The notes beneath the pieces are model-generated. The model ran no database searches, was not told the DNA's origin, and saw only the letters and a list, made by a program, of their open reading frames with translations. Positions 40,683 through 44,600 of a DNA stretch of 44,600 bases are shown piece after piece. Made by a program: the position numbers and the translations under genes. Each line of letters begins with the position of its first letter. Position 1 is the stretch's first letter. The DNA comes from Armatimonadota bacterium. Its GTDB lineage: Bacteria; Armatimonadota; Hebobacteria; Hebobacterales; Hebobacteraceae. The stretch is taken from positions 1 through 44,600 of the forward strand of contig WFSF01000260.1 of assembly GCA_015486155.1 (NCBI GenBank). The letters are read 5' to 3'.

Positions 40683-41939
40683 ATGTCGGAAACCCCAGAG
40701 GACAAGATCGCCGAAAACGAAGACTCGCCGCGAATCGGGCCGTCCTCCCGTGAGGACGGCCATCCGCGCTGGCAGCTCACCCTCTACGCGATGTGGATCG
40801 CGCAGCTGCTGGCCATCCTCGGCTTCTCCTTCGTGATGCCCTTCTTGCCCTTCTATGTGCGCGAGCTGGGGGTGACCAATGAGCGGGCGCTGCGGGTGTG
40901 GGCGGGCCTGCTCATGACCGGAAGCGCGCTGATGATGAGCACCATGGCCCCGGTGTGGGGCGCGCTGGCCGACCGCTACGGGCGCAAACTCATGGTATTG
41001 CGGGCGATGTTCGGCGGCGCGGTGATCCTGACCCTGATGGGATTCGCGCGGAGCGTCTATCAACTCCTCGGATTGCGCATGTGTCAGGGTGCGGTTACCG
41101 GCACCGTCCCCGCCTCCGTCGCCCTGGTGTCCAGCGTGACCCCGCGGGCCCGCCTGGGCTACAGCCTGGGGCTGATGCAGACGGCGGTATTCGTGGGCAG
41201 CTCCATCGGCCCCTTTCTGGGCGGGATGGCGGCCGACCGGTTCGGCTACCGGGTGCCCTTCGGCATCACCGGCGCGCTCCTGCTCACCGGTGGGCTGCTG
41301 GTGCTGGTCGGGGCGAGAGCGAGGTTCGTTCCCCCCCGGGCCGAGGCCAGGGCCGTCGGCTCCGCGTGGGACATCTTCCGCACGCCGACGGTGGCGGTGC
41401 TGCTGCTCGTATACTTCTCCATGAACCTCAGCGCCTCGTTCGTCGGAGCCATCTTTCCGCTTTTCGTGGAGCACATCCTGAATCGCTCGCAGGCGGCGGC
41501 CTCGGCCACCGGGCTCATCCTGGGGGCCACCGGCGTGGCCAGCGCGGTGTCGGCGGTGGCGGTGGGAAGGATCAGCGACCGGGTGGGCCACCGCCGCGTG
41601 CTCATCTTCTGCACCGCAGCCGCCGGCGCGCTCTGCATCCCCCAGTTCTTCGCCGCCAGCGTCCACCAGCTGCTGGTGATGCGCATCCTGTTCGGACTGG
41701 GCGCGGGGGGAATGATTCCGGCGATGAACGCCATGGTGGCGACGGTGATTCCGCGGTCCCTCTTCGGCCGCGCCTACGGGCTCACCACCACCGCCTCCGC
41801 CATGGGCTGGGGGTTGGGGCCGCTGCTCGGCGGCATCACCGCCTCGTTCTTCGGGCTCCGCCTGCCCTTCCTCATCATGGCCGCCATGCTGATCGGAATG
41901 AGCCTGGTGGCGGCCGGGAAACTGAAGCCCGACGCATGA
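40683..41939 (+). CDS. MFS transporter
   Basis: ORF 40626..41939. I prefer ATG 40683. About 12 hydrophobic segments and an MFS loop motif GALADRYGRK. Confidence 0.85.
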   Translation: MSETPEDKIAENEDSPRIGPSSREDGHPRWQLTLYAMWIAQLLAILGFSFVMPFLPFYVRELGVTNERALRVWAGLLMTGSALMMSTMAPVWGALADRYGRKLMVLRAMFGGAVILTLMGFARSVYQLLGLRMCQGAVTGTVPASVALVSSVTPRARLGYSLGLMQTAVFVGSSIGPFLGGMAADRFGYRVPFGITGALLLTGGLLVLVGARARFVPPRAEARAVGSAWDIFRTPTVAVLLLVYFSMNLSASFVGAIFPLFVEHILNRSQAAASATGLILGATGVASAVSAVAVGRISDRVGHRRVLIFCTAAAGALCIPQFFAASVHQLLVMRILFGLGAGGMIPAMNAMVATVIPRSLFGRAYGLTTTASAMGWGLGPLLGGITASFFGLRLPFLIMAAMLIGMSLVAAGKLKPDA

Positions 41940-42005
41940 GCGCCGCCTCGGAGGAGCGCGGGGACGCGCCCCGAAAGTATTCACGATAGTCCACGGAGAA
42001 AGGCC

Positions 42006-42893
42006 ATGTTCTGGCGCAGAAAACCCGCAAAGCAAGAGACTCCCACGCCGCAGGCCGCGCCCTCCCGAGAGGAGGGGCCGCCGCCCGCCGAGTGGCCCCT
42101 GTCCCTGCCCGCCTCGCTGAGCGCCGAGGAGGTGGAGGCCGTCCGCCGGCGGGTGGATGAGCTCTCCGAGGCCGCGCAGTACGGCTGGGGGCACAGGATC
42201 GACTTCGGTCCCTTCGTCAAGGAAGGGGTGATGAAGGACAACTTCCTGCACATCGTGGGGCACTGGGACGCCTGGGGATGGTGGCCGGAGCGCCTGGACG
42301 GGCTGCGCGTGGCGGACATCGGCTGCCTCACCGGCGCGGTCAGCATGATCGCCGCGCACCGGGGGGCCGACGAGGTGCTGGCGGTGGACGAGATCCCCCC
42401 CTACGCGGCCCAGTGCGCCTACCTGGCCGAGGTGTTCCGCCTGCCCGCAGTCAAAACCCTCGTCGCCTCCCTCTACCGCCTGCCGGAGATGGGGGTGGGC
42501 AAATTCGATCTCATCATCCTCAGCGGGGTGCTCTACCACCTCAGCGACATGCTCGTCGGGCTCTACGTGATGCGGGAGCTGCTGAAAGTGGGAGGGACGC
42601 TGCTGCTGGAGAGCGCGGCGGTGCCGGACGATGAACACTCATACGCCAACTTCGGTCGCTTCGCCATGGGAATCTGGTGGCAGCCCTCCACGCTGTGCAT
42701 CAAGGACATGTGCGAATTCATGGGCCTCTCGGAGGTGGAGGTGAAGATGTACTGGCCGGACCGGTGCCTGGCGCGGGCGAAGAAGCTCAGCGAGGACCCG
42801 ATTCCCTTCCGCCGCGGGCTGAACTATCCCTTCGACGACCTCCGGGACGCCGTGCCCAGAAGCATGGACCTGAGGCGCATGGCCCCGAAGTAA
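42006..42893 (+). CDS. SAM-dependent methyltransferase, CmoB C-terminal/DUF1698-like
   Basis: VADIGCLTGAVS (motif I), FDLIILSGVLYHLSD and GGTLLLES align by eye with E. coli CmoB. GGAGAAAGG SD. Confidence 0.8.
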   Translation: MFWRRKPAKQETPTPQAAPSREEGPPPAEWPLSLPASLSAEEVEAVRRRVDELSEAAQYGWGHRIDFGPFVKEGVMKDNFLHIVGHWDAWGWWPERLDGLRVADIGCLTGAVSMIAAHRGADEVLAVDEIPPYAAQCAYLAEVFRLPAVKTLVASLYRLPEMGVGKFDLIILSGVLYHLSDMLVGLYVMRELLKVGGTLLLESAAVPDDEHSYANFGRFAMGIWWQPSTLCIKDMCEFMGLSEVEVKMYWPDRCLARAKKLSEDPIPFRRGLNYPFDDLRDAVPRSMDLRRMAPK

Positions 42894-42917
42894 ACTCACG
42901 GAAAACGGGAGGCAGCA

Positions 42918-43940
42918 ATGGCCGGCAAACCTGTCACGCTCGGAACCACCCAGATGGGGTGGCGGGACACGCCCGAGGAGGCCCATCCTTACAGCGACGT
43001 ATTTTCCCTGGACGCGGCGCGCGCCCATGCGCGCAGCCGCGTGGACGCCCACGCCGCGCTGGTGGCCAGGGCGGGGGAAATGGGCGCGGATATCGCGGTC
43101 ACGGGCGAGGACATCGCCTCCACGAGCTACGCTCTCACCTATCTCGACGACACCAGCATCTTCCAGACGCTGACCCGCGAACTCCATTCCTACATCGTCG
43201 AGACCCTGGGCGCCGTCGCCGCCCGCCACCGGATGCACGTCGTCGCCTGCTTCTACGAGCCGGAGGGCGATGTCATCTACAACTCCGCGGTGCTCTTCGG
43301 CCGCGACGGGGCGGTGATGGGGAGCTACCACAAGGTCAACCTGCCCATCTACGAAACCTGGCAGGTGAAGAACGGGGATGATTTTCCCGTGTTCGAGACC
43401 GACATCGGCGTGGTGGGGATGCTGGTGTGCTACGACGAGATGTGGCCCGAGGCCTCCGCCTCCCTGGCGATGAACGGCGCGCAGATCATCTGCCATCCCT
43501 CCGCGGCCAGCATCCCGGACTGGAAGATGAAGACCCGCGCCATGGACCACCAGGTGTTCTACATCAGCTCCACCGGCCTGCACTCCATGATCGCCGCCCC
43601 CAACGCCAAGATACTGGCCGACTGCGGAGAACAAGACGAGGCGGCGGCCGTGGCGGAGGTGGATCTCGCCGCCGCCACGCGCGCGCCGGAGAACTTCTGG
43701 GAATACATCTACAGCGGCATCCGAGACCACCGCGAGCGCCACCTGAAGCTGCGCCGGGCGGAGGCGTACCGGGTGCTCTCCGACCCGAATCCGCCCGCCC
43801 TGAAGCAGTTCCCGCCCGGGGGCCTGGCCGACACCCCGGAGGCGATCCGGGAGGCCTACGAGAAGCAGAAGGCCGACTACCTGCGCGGCCTCCGGGGAGA
43901 AAAACAACTCTACGAGTGGCGCTGGTCCGAAGAGGACTGA
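42918..43940 (+). CDS. Carbon-nitrogen hydrolase (nitrilase superfamily) with an approximately 80-aa C-terminal extension
   Basis: Candidate E-K-C triad in IAVTGED, YHKVNL and MLVCYDEMWPE. GGGAGG SD. Confidence 0.85.
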   Translation: MAGKPVTLGTTQMGWRDTPEEAHPYSDVFSLDAARAHARSRVDAHAALVARAGEMGADIAVTGEDIASTSYALTYLDDTSIFQTLTRELHSYIVETLGAVAARHRMHVVACFYEPEGDVIYNSAVLFGRDGAVMGSYHKVNLPIYETWQVKNGDDFPVFETDIGVVGMLVCYDEMWPEASASLAMNGAQIICHPSAASIPDWKMKTRAMDHQVFYISSTGLHSMIAAPNAKILADCGEQDEAAAVAEVDLAAATRAPENFWEYIYSGIRDHRERHLKLRRAEAYRVLSDPNPPALKQFPPGGLADTPEAIREAYEKQKADYLRGLRGEKQLYEWRWSEED

Positions 43941-43962
43941 AGGCGCGAAGGCGAGGCCGCGC

Positions 43963-44600
43963 GTGAGCATCGTCATCCTGGACGAGGAGACGACCACCAA
44001 GATCGCCGCCGGCGAGGTGATCGAACGCCCTGCCTCGGTGGTGAAGGAGCTGGTCGAGAACGCGCTCGACGCGGGCGCGCGCCGCGTCGCAATCGAGGTG
44101 CGGGAGGCCGGGAGAGAACTCATCCAGGTGACCGACGACGGGTGCGGCATGACCCGCGAGGACGCCCTGCTCGCGCTCCAGCGCTATGCCACCAGCAAGA
44201 TCCGCTCCGCGGAGGACCTGGACTCCGTGACCACCTTCGGCTTCCGCGGGGAGGCGCTCCCCAGCATCGCGGCGGTGTCCCACCTGACCATGGTGACCCG
44301 GCGCGCGGAGGCGGAGGCGGCCGTCCAGGTGGTCGCGGCCGGGGGCGAAGTGGCCGAGGTGGCGGAGACCGGCGCGCCGGCCGGCACCCGGATCAGCGTC
44401 CGCCGCCTCTTCTACAACACCCCCGCCCGCCTCAAGTTCCTGAAGAGCGACAACGTGGAGATGGGCCACATCGTGGAGGCCGTCACCCGGTTCGTGTTCA
44501 GCCACCCGGGAGTATCCTTCCTGCTGATTCGGGACGGAAAGGAGATTCTGCGCCACGGCGGAGGCGGCGACCTCAGGGGGGCGGCGCTCTCCGTGTGGGC
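43963..44600 (+). CDS. mutL: DNA mismatch repair protein MutL, N-terminal ATPase part; runs off the right edge
   Basis: Absent from the ORF track because there is no stop in the window. From GTG 43963 it reads SIVILDEETTTKIAAGEVIERPASVVKELVENALDAG...DDGCGM...TFGFRGEALPSIAAVS...FYNTPARLKFLKS. Confidence 0.9.
   Translation, partial: MSIVILDEETTTKIAAGEVIERPASVVKELVENALDAGARRVAIEVREAGRELIQVTDDGCGMTREDALLALQRYATSKIRSAEDLDSVTTFGFRGEALPSIAAVSHLTMVTRRAEAEAAVQVVAAGGEVAEVAETGAPAGTRISVRRLFYNTPARLKFLKSDNVEMGHIVEAVTRFVFSHPGVSFLLIRDGKEILRHGGGGDLRGAALSVW

Overview
GC-rich bacterial chromosomal segment with strong G/C bias at third codon positions. I call about 37 protein genes. I found no rRNA, tRNA, CRISPR array, transposase, integrase, phage gene or recognisable defence gene. 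Housekeeping genes are tldD (partial), an M42 peptidase, a GNAT-aroQ-pepP operon, gyrB-gyrA, galT, a LeuB/TtuC-family dehydrogenase and mutL (partial). These are interleaved with secreted or carbohydrate-related proteins: SpoIID, a GHL10-SCP2 fusion, a URO-D-like protein, two xylose-isomerase-like TIM barrels, DUF5107-TPR, a GH2-like protein, a 1045-aa SLH-anchored surface protein and a GspG-like pseudopilin. The combination of prepilin-type N-termini, SLH anchoring and this CAZyme-like set suggests an Armatimonadota-like or related environmental lineage, but that is inference only. I did not find a convincing multi-gene novel system. The signals least explained by ordinary annotation are: (1) a family of GC-rich hairpin modules assembled in different orders (BIME-like mosaics) that fills intergenic spacers at about 5.7-6.1 kb and 23.4-23.7 kb, with palindrome-rich relatives at 27.6 kb and 32.7-32.8 kb, the last bounded by 28-bp inverted repeats; (2) a membrane-anchored stand-alone MshEN-type (c-di-GMP receptor motif) protein; (3) a GH2-like protein in which both catalytic glutamates appear replaced; (4) a GyrB whose TOPRIM signature reads EGKSA instead of EGDSA and which carries an Asn/Gly-rich insertion; (5) several unusual domain fusions and uncharacterised proteins. 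The very long ORFs in the track that run antisense to real genes are GC3 artefacts.
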